A model generated the notes under the pieces. It was not told where the DNA came from. It did not search any database and saw only the letters and a list, made by a program, of their open reading frames with translations. Source: Bacteroidaceae bacterium (GTDB lineage Bacteria > Bacillota_I > Bacilli_A > RFN20 > CAG-826). From it: 64,000 nt of DNA. The first letter of the stretch is position 1; every line of letters starts with the position of its first letter. The stretch covers positions 6,166-70,165 of the forward strand of contig CAVFNI010000006.1 of NCBI GenBank assembly GCA_963624045.1, in the 5' to 3' direction. The position numbers were made by a program, and so were the translations under genes. Positions 28,193 through 38,483 of the stretch are shown in pieces.

Positions 28193-28393
28193 TTAGTCAA
28201 CTTTTTTAACGTTCTTAGCGCGTGGACCACGTTCGGATTCTTCGACTTCGAACTCGACGGCTTCGCCTGGTTCGGCAGTCTTGTATTCGTCCATGATCAA
28301 GGCGCTATAATGGAAAAAGTAGTCTTTGTTGTCTTCAGCGTGAATGAAGCCATAGCCTTTTTCCTTGTTGAACATTTTGACTGTTCCCTTCAT
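28193..28393 (-). CDS. Cold-shock protein (CspA family).
   Basis: 66 aa. RNP motifs KGYGFI and YFFHYSAL. TATAGT -10 box and a 5'UTR of about 50 nt. Confidence 0.95.
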   Translation of the reverse strand: MKGTVKMFNKEKGYGFIHAEDNKDYFFHYSALIMDEYKTAEPGEAVEFEVEESERGPRAKNVKKVD

Positions 28394-28495
28394 ATGCTCC
28401 TTACCTTCCTGGTTCTCTCTTGCGAAACAACCGCTTGATACTATAGCACGCTTTGGAAAAGGGAAGAAAGATAAAAAATAGAGATTTTTCGGGTT

Positions 28496-31273
28496 TTATG
28501 TTTCCTCCTCCCGACTAAAACCGCTTTTACGAAGCATTAATTTGATAAAAACGCCAGCCAATAGCAAAGAAAGCAGATAAACGAAAAACAAGCTGAAATG
28601 CGGTAAAAAATCCATTTGAAAAGATGACGACAAGCCAAACGAATCCCTTATCGCCCCCTCGAAAAAGACTTCCACGAAGCTTAAAGAGAAGAAGGCCGTC
28701 CCAAAGGCGGAACTTAAAAGAAGGAAAACGCCCGAAAAATGACTATCGAAAATTCTTTCTTTCGAAAAACCCAAGCAAAACAAATAACGTCCTTCCGCTT
28801 TGTTTTCTACGATATGTAGCAATGAAACGGCTAGCAAAAGCAAAAAACTAGAGAGCAAGCAAACGCCCGAGGCAAAAGAAAGAATCGTGGAAATATATCC
28901 CACCACTTGGGCGACGCTTTCGGAGATGATAGAGCTAGGATCGATGAAAGAATAGGATGGGTAGCGCGAGGATAAATGCGCAAGCAGTTCCTTGGCGTTC
29001 GCTTCATCCTTTAGAAGCAAAAGGCATTCGCGCGGTTCCAAAGAGAAAACGCTCATCCCTAATCGCGCCCGAAAGAAATCGATGAGCCAATACGAATCGC
29101 TTACAATCACGTCGTTTTCTAATGATGAAACGCCAACGACCTTAAGCTCGGCAAAGCCGTAATCACGATAGAGCGTTCCCTCAAGCAGATTGGTTTCTCG
29201 CGCTCCTGCGACATAGACGCTTTTGGGATTGCCTAACCGTTCATAAAGAGGACGCGAAAGAACGATTTCATCTAACCCATTGGGCGCCACGCCCTCAGAA
29301 ACGCTCGATAGATCGCTCGAGAAGGTCAAGGCGGCGCTCCTTGGCCTTAGATAGCTTCCTATGGCGAGTCCATCGGGGATCTCTGGCAAAATCGCCATCG
29401 CTTCCTTGCCCACTTTGGAAACGGAATCGGCGTATTCGGCGACGGTGCTTTGCTCTTTGCCTAGAATGAAAGGCTCTCGAAATCCCATCGCCATTGCCGC
29501 CGGATAAGCACGGTAAGCCCCCTCTCCTAAAGGTGTAAGCGAAAGGAAACGCGATGAATTAGCAATAGCATCGATATCTTCTTGCTTTAAGCCAAAACGA
29601 TTGGCAGAAAAAACGAAATAACGGCAATCGGCACGCCGAACGCCGATATCGTTATGACTTTGATCATAACGGTAGGAATCCTTGTCAAAGAGATAATCGC
29701 GCCACCCCTCTTTCCTCGTTTGCGTTAAAAAGTCTTCCTCGTCGCGAATGTCACGAAAACCATAAGCCTTATGGAGCGTCCAAGGCGTCGAAAAGGAAGA
29801 TCCATCACTAGAAGGCAAACGCATCCTTTCCTCATATATGGCTTCATTCCAAAGGGTGTCGAGATGAAAGATCGTCGGCGTTTCGAATTCCATTATTCCT
29901 TTAATGAAAAAGCTTTCGTGGTCGTAGTATCCCCAATCCGCATTCTCCGTCCAAAGTTCTATCGCCAATTTGTGGTTCAAAAGAAAAGAGGCGACGGCCT
30001 GATAATTGCTTTCGACATAAAAACATTTAGCTAAATCGCGCATCACCTTTTGGGGAAAGCCCAAAACGATGTCATCGACTTCTAGCACCTTCGGCCTAGA
30101 GGGAAAGACGGCATTCGTAGGATAATCGGATAAAAGCAAATAATCGTTGATGCTTCTAGCGCTCATCGAAGCAAATGAATATCGCTTAGAGCCATAACGG
30201 ATGGACATATCGTTGGCGTCTTTGAACATCTGCTCAAAAGAAGAAAGATAGGATGCGCATAGTTCAAGAGAATCGTCATAATTATTAGCCAAAAGACGCA
30301 ATTTATTTTGAGAGGCGGAAAGAACGTTGGATAAAGACGGTTGGTTGCTATTTCGTAAGGACATCACAATCGACCCTTCGCCCGTCAAAGAAGAAAAAGC
30401 CGTCTCGATTTTCTTAGAAACATCTCGAGAAAGGAACAAGCTTAAACCAAAAGCCAGGAAAGAAAACGATAGAAGCGCAACCGATAACCCCGTTCTGATT
30501 TTCTTTGCCTTGAATAAATGCGCGGCATGTTTGAGCCAAAAAAGAAAGGAAGAGGAACGCTTTTGCTTCTTTAATGGCACGTCGCTCTGCTTTTCTTCTA
30601 AAGAAAATAGAGGCTTTTTGCAGGTGATTTTATGATTTTCAATCAAATAAACGGCATCGGCTGCCTTGCTAAAAAGAACTTCATCGTGGCTGCTAACAAG
30701 AACTAGCCGCCTTTTAGATGTGCGCTTAAGTAGCTCTAATAAACAAAGGGCAATATCGGGATCGAGGGCCCCCGTCGGTTCGTCACAAAGAAGAAAGGCG
30801 GGATCGTTGATGATGGCGCGTACAAAGGAGAGACGTTGTTTTTCGCCACCCGAGAGAGTAAAAGCCAACGCCTTCTTTTTGTTTGCCAATCCCACATCAC
30901 TTAATAAAGCTTCCGCCCTTATTTTCTTCTCTTTAGATGATAGCTTCTCCCCCTCCAATGGCATCATAGCGTTATCGAGAACGCTTTCATGAGGCAACAA
31001 ATCGAAATTCTGACGCAAAAAACCAATGTTTTGTAGCCGAAAATCCGATCTTTCGGTTTCCGACATCCGTTTAAAGAAACGACCAAAACAACATACCTCC
31101 CCGTCATAATCGATATCGATACCCGATAGCATCTCAAAGAGGGTGCTTTTCCCCGAGCCGCTTGCGCCCAAAAGCAAAATGAGACCTTTTGACGGCAAAG
31201 CCAAATTAACGTCTTGATAGATCTTTTGCTGACCAAAAGCCTTGTTAATATTCCTTAATTCCAAAGCGCTCAT
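28496..31273 (-). CDS. Fused ABC transporter ATP-binding/permease protein (MacB/FtsX-like) with an extracytoplasmic domain of about 550 aa.
   Basis: Walker A GASGSGKST, signature LSGGEKQR, Walker B LLCDEPT, H-loop SSHDE. The C-terminal FtsX-type 4-TM region follows. ATGA start overlaps the stop of the upstream paralog. Confidence 0.85.
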   Translation of the reverse strand: MSALELRNINKAFGQQKIYQDVNLALPSKGLILLLGASGSGKSTLFEMLSGIDIDYDGEVCCFGRFFKRMSETERSDFRLQNIGFLRQNFDLLPHESVLDNAMMPLEGEKLSSKEKKIRAEALLSDVGLANKKKALAFTLSGGEKQRLSFVRAIINDPAFLLCDEPTGALDPDIALCLLELLKRTSKRRLVLVSSHDEVLFSKAADAVYLIENHKITCKKPLFSLEEKQSDVPLKKQKRSSSFLFWLKHAAHLFKAKKIRTGLSVALLSFSFLAFGLSLFLSRDVSKKIETAFSSLTGEGSIVMSLRNSNQPSLSNVLSASQNKLRLLANNYDDSLELCASYLSSFEQMFKDANDMSIRYGSKRYSFASMSARSINDYLLLSDYPTNAVFPSRPKVLEVDDIVLGFPQKVMRDLAKCFYVESNYQAVASFLLNHKLAIELWTENADWGYYDHESFFIKGIMEFETPTIFHLDTLWNEAIYEERMRLPSSDGSSFSTPWTLHKAYGFRDIRDEEDFLTQTRKEGWRDYLFDKDSYRYDQSHNDIGVRRADCRYFVFSANRFGLKQEDIDAIANSSRFLSLTPLGEGAYRAYPAAMAMGFREPFILGKEQSTVAEYADSVSKVGKEAMAILPEIPDGLAIGSYLRPRSAALTFSSDLSSVSEGVAPNGLDEIVLSRPLYERLGNPKSVYVAGARETNLLEGTLYRDYGFAELKVVGVSSLENDVIVSDSYWLIDFFRARLGMSVFSLEPRECLLLLKDEANAKELLAHLSSRYPSYSFIDPSSIISESVAQVVGYISTILSFASGVCLLSSFLLLLAVSLLHIVENKAEGRYLFCLGFSKERIFDSHFSGVFLLLSSAFGTAFFSLSFVEVFFEGAIRDSFGLSSSFQMDFLPHFSLFFVYLLSLLLAGVFIKLMLRKSGFSREEET

Positions 31274-33324
31274 TCTTCTTTCAATTCCTTAGATAACGAT
31301 TTTCTCGATAGCCATAACAACGGAAGGCGAGCCGCAAACAAAATAAGCAAGGCGAGCATCAGTAAGAAAAAACACGGCAAAAAGAGAGGAATCCCCGCAA
31401 AAGAAAGGTATGGAATACTGATAAGGCCGTCCAAAGAGAAACGCGCATTAAGCAAAGAAGAGCAAAGGTGAGCGAGTGGATAAGAAAGAAGGAAGGCAAA
31501 AAGTAGAGAGAGCAAAGAATTGATGGCTAGACGGTCTTCAAAGAAACGGATGCGCCAGCCCTTCGGCATCCCTAACGTGTCTAGGAGAGCCAAAAACCTC
31601 CTTTGCTCGATGAAAGAGGAATTAATTAGAGCAGATAAAGCGGAAAAAGCCAAAGCTATTTCCGCGGCAAGGAAAGGCAATAAGGCCGTTTTGGTGGCTT
31701 GCCACAAAGAAGAAAAGGCTTCTTGCGACGACCATAGAACGTTGCTTAATTCATAATCAAGAGGCATATCATTAGCGGCCTTCTTAAGTGCCCTTGCGTC
31801 GCTTTCGTCAAAAAAGAGATGATAGGAATAAGATGATATCTCTTCACTAGACGAGGAATTTTCCACCAACGAATACACGTTACTATCGGCAACCGCCATC
31901 TCCTTGGCCTTCATCTCGAAAGCCGGATAGCTATAATAAACGCGCGGCAAGGAAAGGAAGGCGAAATCCTTGACGATGCCTAAAACAATGAACCGGAAAG
32001 AGAAAGAAAAATCATATTTCTCTTCGCGATACAACAGATTGGTTTCATAGGAAACTTCAATAAGCGCTTCAATGGGATCCTCTAATAGAGCAGCCATCGC
32101 TTCGTTAACCAACACATAATCTAAGCAAGAACCGCTAGGGCATTCGCCTTCGAGCAAGAAATGACGGCTACGGTTTGACAAGGAGATGTCCCAAATGGGG
32201 CAAAATGAGACGCTTTCTCTTAGATATCCATTTTGGCGGTATGGTAAAGAAGAAGGGAAAAAGAAAGAATAATCGTTTTCCAAATGGGCGCTAGGAAAGG
32301 AAGATAACATTTTTACGGCTTCGTTCTTCGTGGGTCTCTCCATGCGCGTCAAATATAAGGAAGTGCCGCTTATCTCCGTTTTCTTTTTCTTAGCGAGGCT
32401 AGAGGAAAGATATAGCAACGAGCGGTCTTCTCCGTCGCTTAAAAAAGCCGAGCCCCCTTCCCAAAAACCAAAAAACAACAGCAAAGAAAGGAACATCATC
32501 GTCCCGATGGCAAAGGAAATGACATCTTTCCTCCGTTCTTTCTTAAATTTCCTTTTTCCTAACATCCTTAGTAGCGAAAAGCCGCCGCTTCTATTTCTCT
32601 TTTCCTTTCTATCGCTAACGGGGAGAGGCGTCTTTGCCTCTTCCTTTTGTTTTCCTTTCCTTACTAATGACAAGCTTCCTTTCTCTAACCTAAGAAAAAC
32701 ATCAGCGAACTTTTTAGCAAGGTCTAAATCGTGGCTAACCATCAAAACCAGATGGGTTTTAGCGTACTTTTTGAGAATTTCCATAATAAAGATGGCGTTC
32801 TTATGATCGAGGGCCCCCGTCGGCTCATCACAAAATAGAAGCGGAGGCTCTTTGATGACGGCCCTTAAAAAAGCCACTCTCGATTTCTCTCCGCCACTCA
32901 ATAAAGAAGCCTTTTTATAGACGAGCTGAGACAGAGAAAAATCCGCGAATAATCTTTCCGCCCGCTTAATGGCATCGGCTTTCGTTTCGCCATTTATGAG
33001 CAAGGGAATGATGACGTTCTCGATGGCGGTCAAATCTCCATCCAAATGATGATGTTGGAAAAGGAAAGCCACATTCCTCTGACGATAAAGGCCGGCTTCT
33101 TTCTGGCTGAGGCACATAACGTCCTTTCCTTCATAGAGGATTTCGCCATCATCGGCTTTCTCTAATGTCGCCAAGATATGAAGGAAAGTGCTTTTGCCCG
33201 ATCCGCTAGGCCCCGTCACAATAAAAAGCCCAGAAGAGGGAAAATCGATATGGACGTTAGCAAATAAAAGACGCTTCTTATCGCCCTCGACAATGCTTTT
33301 GCTTAAATTCCTAACCGATAGCAT
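31270..33324 (-). CDS. Fused ABC transporter ATP-binding/permease protein (MacB/FtsX-like), paralog.
   Basis: Walker A GPSGSGKST, signature LSGGEKSR, Walker B LLFCDEPTGALD. C-terminal FtsX-like TM helices with an extracytoplasmic domain of about 250 aa. Confidence 0.85.
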   Translation of the reverse strand: MLSVRNLSKSIVEGDKKRLLFANVHIDFPSSGLFIVTGPSGSGKSTFLHILATLEKADDGEILYEGKDVMCLSQKEAGLYRQRNVAFLFQHHHLDGDLTAIENVIIPLLINGETKADAIKRAERLFADFSLSQLVYKKASLLSGGEKSRVAFLRAVIKEPPLLFCDEPTGALDHKNAIFIMEILKKYAKTHLVLMVSHDLDLAKKFADVFLRLEKGSLSLVRKGKQKEEAKTPLPVSDRKEKRNRSGGFSLLRMLGKRKFKKERRKDVISFAIGTMMFLSLLLFFGFWEGGSAFLSDGEDRSLLYLSSSLAKKKKTEISGTSLYLTRMERPTKNEAVKMLSSFPSAHLENDYSFFFPSSLPYRQNGYLRESVSFCPIWDISLSNRSRHFLLEGECPSGSCLDYVLVNEAMAALLEDPIEALIEVSYETNLLYREEKYDFSFSFRFIVLGIVKDFAFLSLPRVYYSYPAFEMKAKEMAVADSNVYSLVENSSSSEEISSYSYHLFFDESDARALKKAANDMPLDYELSNVLWSSQEAFSSLWQATKTALLPFLAAEIALAFSALSALINSSFIEQRRFLALLDTLGMPKGWRIRFFEDRLAINSLLSLLFAFLLSYPLAHLCSSLLNARFSLDGLISIPYLSFAGIPLFLPCFFLLMLALLILFAARLPLLWLSRKSLSKELKEE

Positions 33325-33358
33325 CCTACACTTATATATAGGGTGCGTTTATCAAAAA

Positions 33359-34654
33359 TTATTCCTCTTTTTCTTTAGGTGACACGGCCAACTTCTCGAC
33401 GGCCCCGTTTCTATCGACAGCCAAAACCTTGATGGAATAGCCTTTATAGGATACCTCATCCCCTGGTTTGGCGAATTTATCATCCAATAATTCGACGATA
33501 TAGCCGCCAATCGTGACGTATTCGGTGTCAGTTTCGTCGAAATCGATGCCTAGGAGATTGCAAAAATCCTCCAACGTCAAAGAACCGTCGACGATATAGC
33601 CACCGTCTTTCTTCTTAAGGTATTTGGCTTCGGGGTCATCTTTCTCATCCCAGATTTCCCCGACGATTTCCTCTAAGATGTCCTCCATCGTGATGAGCCC
33701 TTCGACACCGCCATATTCATCCATGACGATGCCAAAATGCTTCTTCTGCCTCTTGAAGGCCTTAAGGACGTCATTGATCTCCGCGCTACGCGGGAAGCGC
33801 AACGGCTCTTCCAACAAATTCTCCAAATTAAGCAATTGGCCACTCATCTTAGCCAACATGAGATTCTTCGTCTTGACGAAACCGATGATGTTATCGATGG
33901 TGTCACGGTATACGGGGACGCGGCTATAATGATAGACCTTTGGGTTATTGGAGACTTCTTCGATATCCTCGTCGATATCGATGGCAAAAACGTCGACGCG
34001 CGGCGTCATCACCTCATAGGCTTCCGTGTGGGTATAGCGGATCGTCTCATGAAGAATGTTCGCCTTTTCCTCATCGACCACGCCTTGTTCTTCGATGCCG
34101 TCGACCATTTCATGCAAATCGTCTTCGCTTATGGCAATATCCGAAACGTTTTTGATGATCGGCTTCGAAAGAAGGTCACCGAAACCGCTCACTAAGAAAG
34201 TGATGGGGAAAGTAAGCCAAGAAAGAACCTTCAAAGGAAGCGAATACCACGCCACCAATTTGAGGTTATAAATTTTGCCAAAGCTCTTAGCAATGATCTC
34301 GCCAAAAGTGATTTTGACAACGAGACAAATCATCGAAGCGACGAAGCCCCACAATTCCGCTTCAGAGGAGGTGCCGCTAAAAAGCTCGACGCAGATGGTG
34401 ACGCCTAGCAAGGTGCTGACCGAATCTAGACCGGCGTTGACGGTGTCGTTCAATAGCAAAATCGTAGAAATCGTCTGAGGATAATGATCGGAGAGTTTCT
34501 TCGCGGTCTTTAGGCGTTGGCTGTTTGGTTGCTTACGGCACATCTCCTCTAACCTAATGGCGCTTACCGAACCATAAGCCATATCGCTACTCGAAAACCA
34601 AAAAGAAAGGAGAAGAAGAACGAAAAGAGCTATAGAATAAATAGTGATTAGCAT
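33359..34654 (-). CDS. CNNM/CorC-family (hemolysin-C-like) membrane protein: DUF21 + CBS pair + CorC_HlyC.
   Basis: 431 aa. N-terminal 4-TM DUF21, tandem CBS, C-terminal transporter-associated domain. Confidence 0.85.
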   Translation of the reverse strand: MLITIYSIALFVLLLLSFWFSSSDMAYGSVSAIRLEEMCRKQPNSQRLKTAKKLSDHYPQTISTILLLNDTVNAGLDSVSTLLGVTICVELFSGTSSEAELWGFVASMICLVVKITFGEIIAKSFGKIYNLKLVAWYSLPLKVLSWLTFPITFLVSGFGDLLSKPIIKNVSDIAISEDDLHEMVDGIEEQGVVDEEKANILHETIRYTHTEAYEVMTPRVDVFAIDIDEDIEEVSNNPKVYHYSRVPVYRDTIDNIIGFVKTKNLMLAKMSGQLLNLENLLEEPLRFPRSAEINDVLKAFKRQKKHFGIVMDEYGGVEGLITMEDILEEIVGEIWDEKDDPEAKYLKKKDGGYIVDGSLTLEDFCNLLGIDFDETDTEYVTIGGYIVELLDDKFAKPGDEVSYKGYSIKVLAVDRNGAVEKLAVSPKEKEE

Positions 34655-35766
34655 CTTTTTTCTCCTTTCTTATAAATGGTCTTTCGGTCATTGGATTCGT
34701 CGATGTCTTCGACCAATTCTTCTAAAATATCTTCCATGGAGACGATGCCCACGACTTGGCCACCGCTCATGACGACCCCTAAATGAGTTAAGGCGGCGTT
34801 AAGTTTTTCAAAAGCGTCATTCAAAGTCATATCGATATCGATATAAACCGGTTGCTCCATGATGGAACGGAAATCCAAATGCGGGTCTTTGGCATATTCC
34901 TCGAAATAGATTTTGACCACCAAGACACCAATGATGTTTGTCTTCTCTTCGTCGTAAATAGGCAAACGCGAATAAGGGCAATCCATGATGGTTTTATTAA
35001 TATCGGCAATCGAAAGATTGGCGGCGTTGAGGGCAAAGGTATCCGCCAAAGAGGTATAAACTTGACGAACTTTGACCTGATCAAAGGAAAAGACGTTATC
35101 GATTAATTCCGTTTCGTCGTTTTCAAAAAGGGCTTCAGCTGGTTTTTCCTCGTCATCTTCATCCATAGGCTCATCGACAACGGCTTGTTTGGTGCTTTCG
35201 ATGATCTCCTCTTTGGACAAAAGGTTTTGATCGGTCACTTTGAAAATCTTATGGACCAAAAAGAGGATAGAACGGAACAAAAGAATAATCGGATAGGCAG
35301 GGAGGGAAAAGATGAAAACAGGATAGGCCAAGAACGCCGCCATGCGATTGGGTAAGGATTTGCTAAGGATTTTTGGCAAAGTATCACTTACAACGTACAC
35401 CAAAGCAGCCATCACGATGGTCGATAAGATGGCATCAAGACCGGAAAAAAGACCCCATTCCTTACTAAGCTCATAAAATAGCATAGCACTTAAGTAGGAC
35501 ATGATTGTTTGGACAATGTTGTTACCAACTAAGATCGAAACCAAAGTGTTATCGAATTTGTCGACCAATCGGCAAACCAATTTGGCGGTAAAATTGCCCT
35601 TATTGGCCAAAGCCTGAAAATGGTAACGATTGCAATTGGAAAAGGCGTTTTCGCTAGCGCTAAAAAGGGCGCTGACAAATAACAAGACGGCAACGATGAT
35701 CCAACAAACCCAACTCGGCATCCCCCAGATGGTCGAAGCATCCGCGGAAAGCGTATTGTTTAGCAT
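34648..35766 (-). CDS. CNNM-family DUF21 + CBS-pair membrane protein (no CorC_HlyC domain), tandem paralog.
   Basis: Start uncertain: ATG MLNNTL at 35766, or a GTG 21 nt upstream that has an AAGGAGAA RBS. The ORF track extends to 35853. Confidence 0.7.
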   Translation of the reverse strand: MLNNTLSADASTIWGMPSWVCWIIVAVLLFVSALFSASENAFSNCNRYHFQALANKGNFTAKLVCRLVDKFDNTLVSILVGNNIVQTIMSYLSAMLFYELSKEWGLFSGLDAILSTIVMAALVYVVSDTLPKILSKSLPNRMAAFLAYPVFIFSLPAYPIILLFRSILFLVHKIFKVTDQNLLSKEEIIESTKQAVVDEPMDEDDEEKPAEALFENDETELIDNVFSFDQVKVRQVYTSLADTFALNAANLSIADINKTIMDCPYSRLPIYDEEKTNIIGVLVVKIYFEEYAKDPHLDFRSIMEQPVYIDIDMTLNDAFEKLNAALTHLGVVMSGGQVVGIVSMEDILEELVEDIDESNDRKTIYKKGEKRC

Positions 35767-35892
35767 CGTACACGAATCAGGGTCCACGTCGGTAATTCTC
35801 CTTGAATGGCGAATAGTATAGCAAAAATTGTCAATATAGCAAATTATGGCCACTTCTCTTCACGCGCTTATGCCGATCAAATAAGCAAATAA

Positions 35893-35923
35893 CGCAAAAA
35901 ATAAGCGGGTTGGCCCGCTTATT
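35893..35923 (-). terminator. Intrinsic terminator downstream of the lipoprotein gene.
   Basis: Minus strand: AATAAGCGGG-ccaa-CCCGCTTATT followed by TTTTTGCG. Confidence 0.8.
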
Positions 35924-35943
35924 AAGGATTTTATCCGTTCCTT

Positions 35944-38430
35944 TTATGACACTGGATAAACCTGGGTGAAGGTCATTTGGAAGTTATATAGAGGAATATC
36001 CGGATGAATCGTAACGATGAACGAATCTGGGCCGGTATAACCAGTATAGATTGTGGATTTTCCCGAAAGCACTTTCGCTATTTTATTTTCCTTTTGGCGC
36101 TCGGTGCCATCTTGATTGTACATAGCGTGGTAATTTTTATCGGTGATATCTTCACCATCTCTATTCACGATATTAAATTCAAAGAACTTGCCTTCGGGAA
36201 GGGTAATCTCATAGAAACCATATTGGCCGGTGTTTATGCTTGTGGCGCCAGTTCCCTCACTCGGAGAGAAAGTATAAGTCTTTTCGTCAGCGCTCATAGC
36301 GAAAGTTCCGTGCGTAACCATATATCCGCAACCGCCATCGAGTTCCTCATTGCAATAGCCGGTTTTGTAATACCCATCAAGGTGCGTATGAACGCTCGTT
36401 ACCTTACCCACCAAAGCGGCTTTGCCACTAGAAGCGGCCAAGAAGCTGACGAATTCGTCACCTACTTGCACGGGGTAGGCATTGCCGGGATTAAATTCGA
36501 AGGTGACCTTCCTTTCTTCGCCAGTTGGTATCGATGAAACATGTTTATTGTCACTATCTCTAATTTCGATAATTTCGGCATTATTTACTTGCATTCCTTT
36601 GCCGCTAAGATCACTAAAGCTGTTATTACCAGAGGCATAAGTCATTGAAAGATCGGGGACAAAATAAAGGCGGGGCTTCTCGTAATATTTATATTCGTAG
36701 GTCGAAAGGTTCTTTAATGTCACGTCGAATTGCGGAATGGATTTAGCGCTTTCGGCATCTCCCCATATAGATAAACCGGCGCCTCCATAAACGGAATTAA
36801 ACAATTCTTTTATATCCGAAGAATCTGGGGAAATTAAATAAAGCTTGACGAAATCGTATTCGAATCTTCCTGCTCTATCGATGCTATTGCCGTTATTATC
36901 TTCAATTTTCTCCACTTGCGCCGGCTTTACGATGTGCGAGAAATAAACGGTATCGCCGACGGCCACTTGCCCAGCTTGAATGTAACCTGTCGAAATGACT
37001 TCGGTATATGTGCTGTTTATTTTTGCCGTTTGAACGAGGCGGAATGTCTCGTCGTTAAGAACCTCCAGGGTGAGCGTCATGCCATCCCATTCTTCAGGCT
37101 CCTCGTATGTGTAATTACCATCAGAAAGAAGCAAATGTTCAGATGAGAATTCGTGCGTACCGATCTGCCACATTTCTTTGTCGCCTTGTTGGGCGTCGTC
37201 ATACAAATAGACGTCGTCCCCTGGCAAAACACCATCCTCTTCGGTGAAGCGATAGATGAGGTCGTAATGTCTCTCCAAAGCGCTACGGGTGAATTTCCCA
37301 CTCTTAGCGGAAGAAGGGAGAGTCAAGGTCCTCTTGGTGGAAATCGTATATGTGTCCTTATCCAAAACGAGCTTATAATTCGCGGCGTCATCGCCTGATA
37401 AGGTTATGTTTCCTTTAGAAAGGGAGGCGCTCGCAGTTACGTAGGAATAACCATAATCGACATCAACGTTAATGTCGTCTCCATCAACCGCGCCATATTT
37501 AACCAGAACATCAGTCTTTTCGTCTTTGACGTTAGAAATCGTTTTGGTACTGGTGCCATCATAAACTTTATCGAGGTTTAGCCCCGTGCCCAAAACACGT
37601 TGCTCAATCACGAAAGTCACTTGCATTTCGTTGGCTTTAAAATCCTCGCCCTCAGAGATAGCCGCCTTAATTTTGTATGTGCCGACGTTTTTAGGCGCAT
37701 CGGCGGCCTCATACCAAGCGGAATCTCCCTCTTTTTGATAGGTAACGGTAACGGCGCCATTCTGGCAAGAGAAACTATCCGCGTTGATAAAAGCGCTGAT
37801 CTTTCTGCCATCATAAATGCCTTTCAATTGATCTTGGCTTATTAGCAATGTGATCGGCGAATCCTTCTTTTCGAGCATCGGGATGGTTTCGTTTTTCTCA
37901 TAGGAGCAAGTAAGGCAAGTATAATGTTGCGATCCATTCGCCGTGTATGTAGCTGGCGTATCGACAACTGGCTCCGTCGAGAAATTATGCTCGGCATAAG
38001 AATCCTTTTCGTCGGTATGGGCGCAAGTGGCCTTATGCCAATGATGGGTTTCGTTTTGCTCCCAGTTTTCGGTATCGAAGGTATGAACGTGCTCTATCAC
38101 CGGAAGAACTTCCTCCTTCTTATAAGAGCAGGTCAAACAGGTATAGGTCTTAATGCCCGTCTCGGTCTCGGTAGCGGGTTTCGTTTCCGTCCCCTCGTCG
38201 AAATTGTGTTTGGCTTTCTCGGAGACGTCGGTATGACCGTTTGCGAGGCACTTTTTCCAGTGATATTCCTCATCATACGTGTAGGTATCGCTGTAACTAT
38301 GCTTCACCTCCGAAGACGACGGCGTAGAATCGCTAGAGGCAGAGCCACTATCGGATGATTCCCGATGTCCGCATGCGGAAAGCATACCAAGCATGGCAAG
38401 AGAGGACGCCAAAAGCAGTTTTTTGTTCAT
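35944..38430 (-). CDS. Large surface lipoprotein with two Cys/His-rich repeats, YDG/MBG-like repeats and a C-terminal region of about 450 aa of unknown fold.
   Basis: Start at MNKKLLLASSLAMLGMLSACGH, a canonical lipoprotein signal with lipobox LSAC. The repeats read HxWHKxxCxxxHTD...HNF...TYTCLTCSY.K.E and KVYDGTST. 828 aa from this start. Confidence 0.75.
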   Translation of the reverse strand: MNKKLLLASSLAMLGMLSACGHRESSDSGSASSDSTPSSSEVKHSYSDTYTYDEEYHWKKCLANGHTDVSEKAKHNFDEGTETKPATETETGIKTYTCLTCSYKKEEVLPVIEHVHTFDTENWEQNETHHWHKATCAHTDEKDSYAEHNFSTEPVVDTPATYTANGSQHYTCLTCSYEKNETIPMLEKKDSPITLLISQDQLKGIYDGRKISAFINADSFSCQNGAVTVTYQKEGDSAWYEAADAPKNVGTYKIKAAISEGEDFKANEMQVTFVIEQRVLGTGLNLDKVYDGTSTKTISNVKDEKTDVLVKYGAVDGDDINVDVDYGYSYVTASASLSKGNITLSGDDAANYKLVLDKDTYTISTKRTLTLPSSAKSGKFTRSALERHYDLIYRFTEEDGVLPGDDVYLYDDAQQGDKEMWQIGTHEFSSEHLLLSDGNYTYEEPEEWDGMTLTLEVLNDETFRLVQTAKINSTYTEVISTGYIQAGQVAVGDTVYFSHIVKPAQVEKIEDNNGNSIDRAGRFEYDFVKLYLISPDSSDIKELFNSVYGGAGLSIWGDAESAKSIPQFDVTLKNLSTYEYKYYEKPRLYFVPDLSMTYASGNNSFSDLSGKGMQVNNAEIIEIRDSDNKHVSSIPTGEERKVTFEFNPGNAYPVQVGDEFVSFLAASSGKAALVGKVTSVHTHLDGYYKTGYCNEELDGGCGYMVTHGTFAMSADEKTYTFSPSEGTGATSINTGQYGFYEITLPEGKFFEFNIVNRDGEDITDKNYHAMYNQDGTERQKENKIAKVLSGKSTIYTGYTGPDSFIVTIHPDIPLYNFQMTFTQVYPVS

Positions 38431-38475
38431 GGTAATTATCCATTCCTTTCTAGTAATAGAATACAAGAAAGAACT

Positions 38476-38483
38476 CCCCCCCC
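38476..38483. repeat. C8 (G8 on the coding strand) homopolymeric tract in the lipoprotein promoter/5' region.
   Basis: ctCCCCCCCCgc on the plus strand, about 45 nt upstream of the lipoprotein ATG and adjacent to TTGACT. The surrounding 100 bp are extremely AT-rich. Confidence 0.8.
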
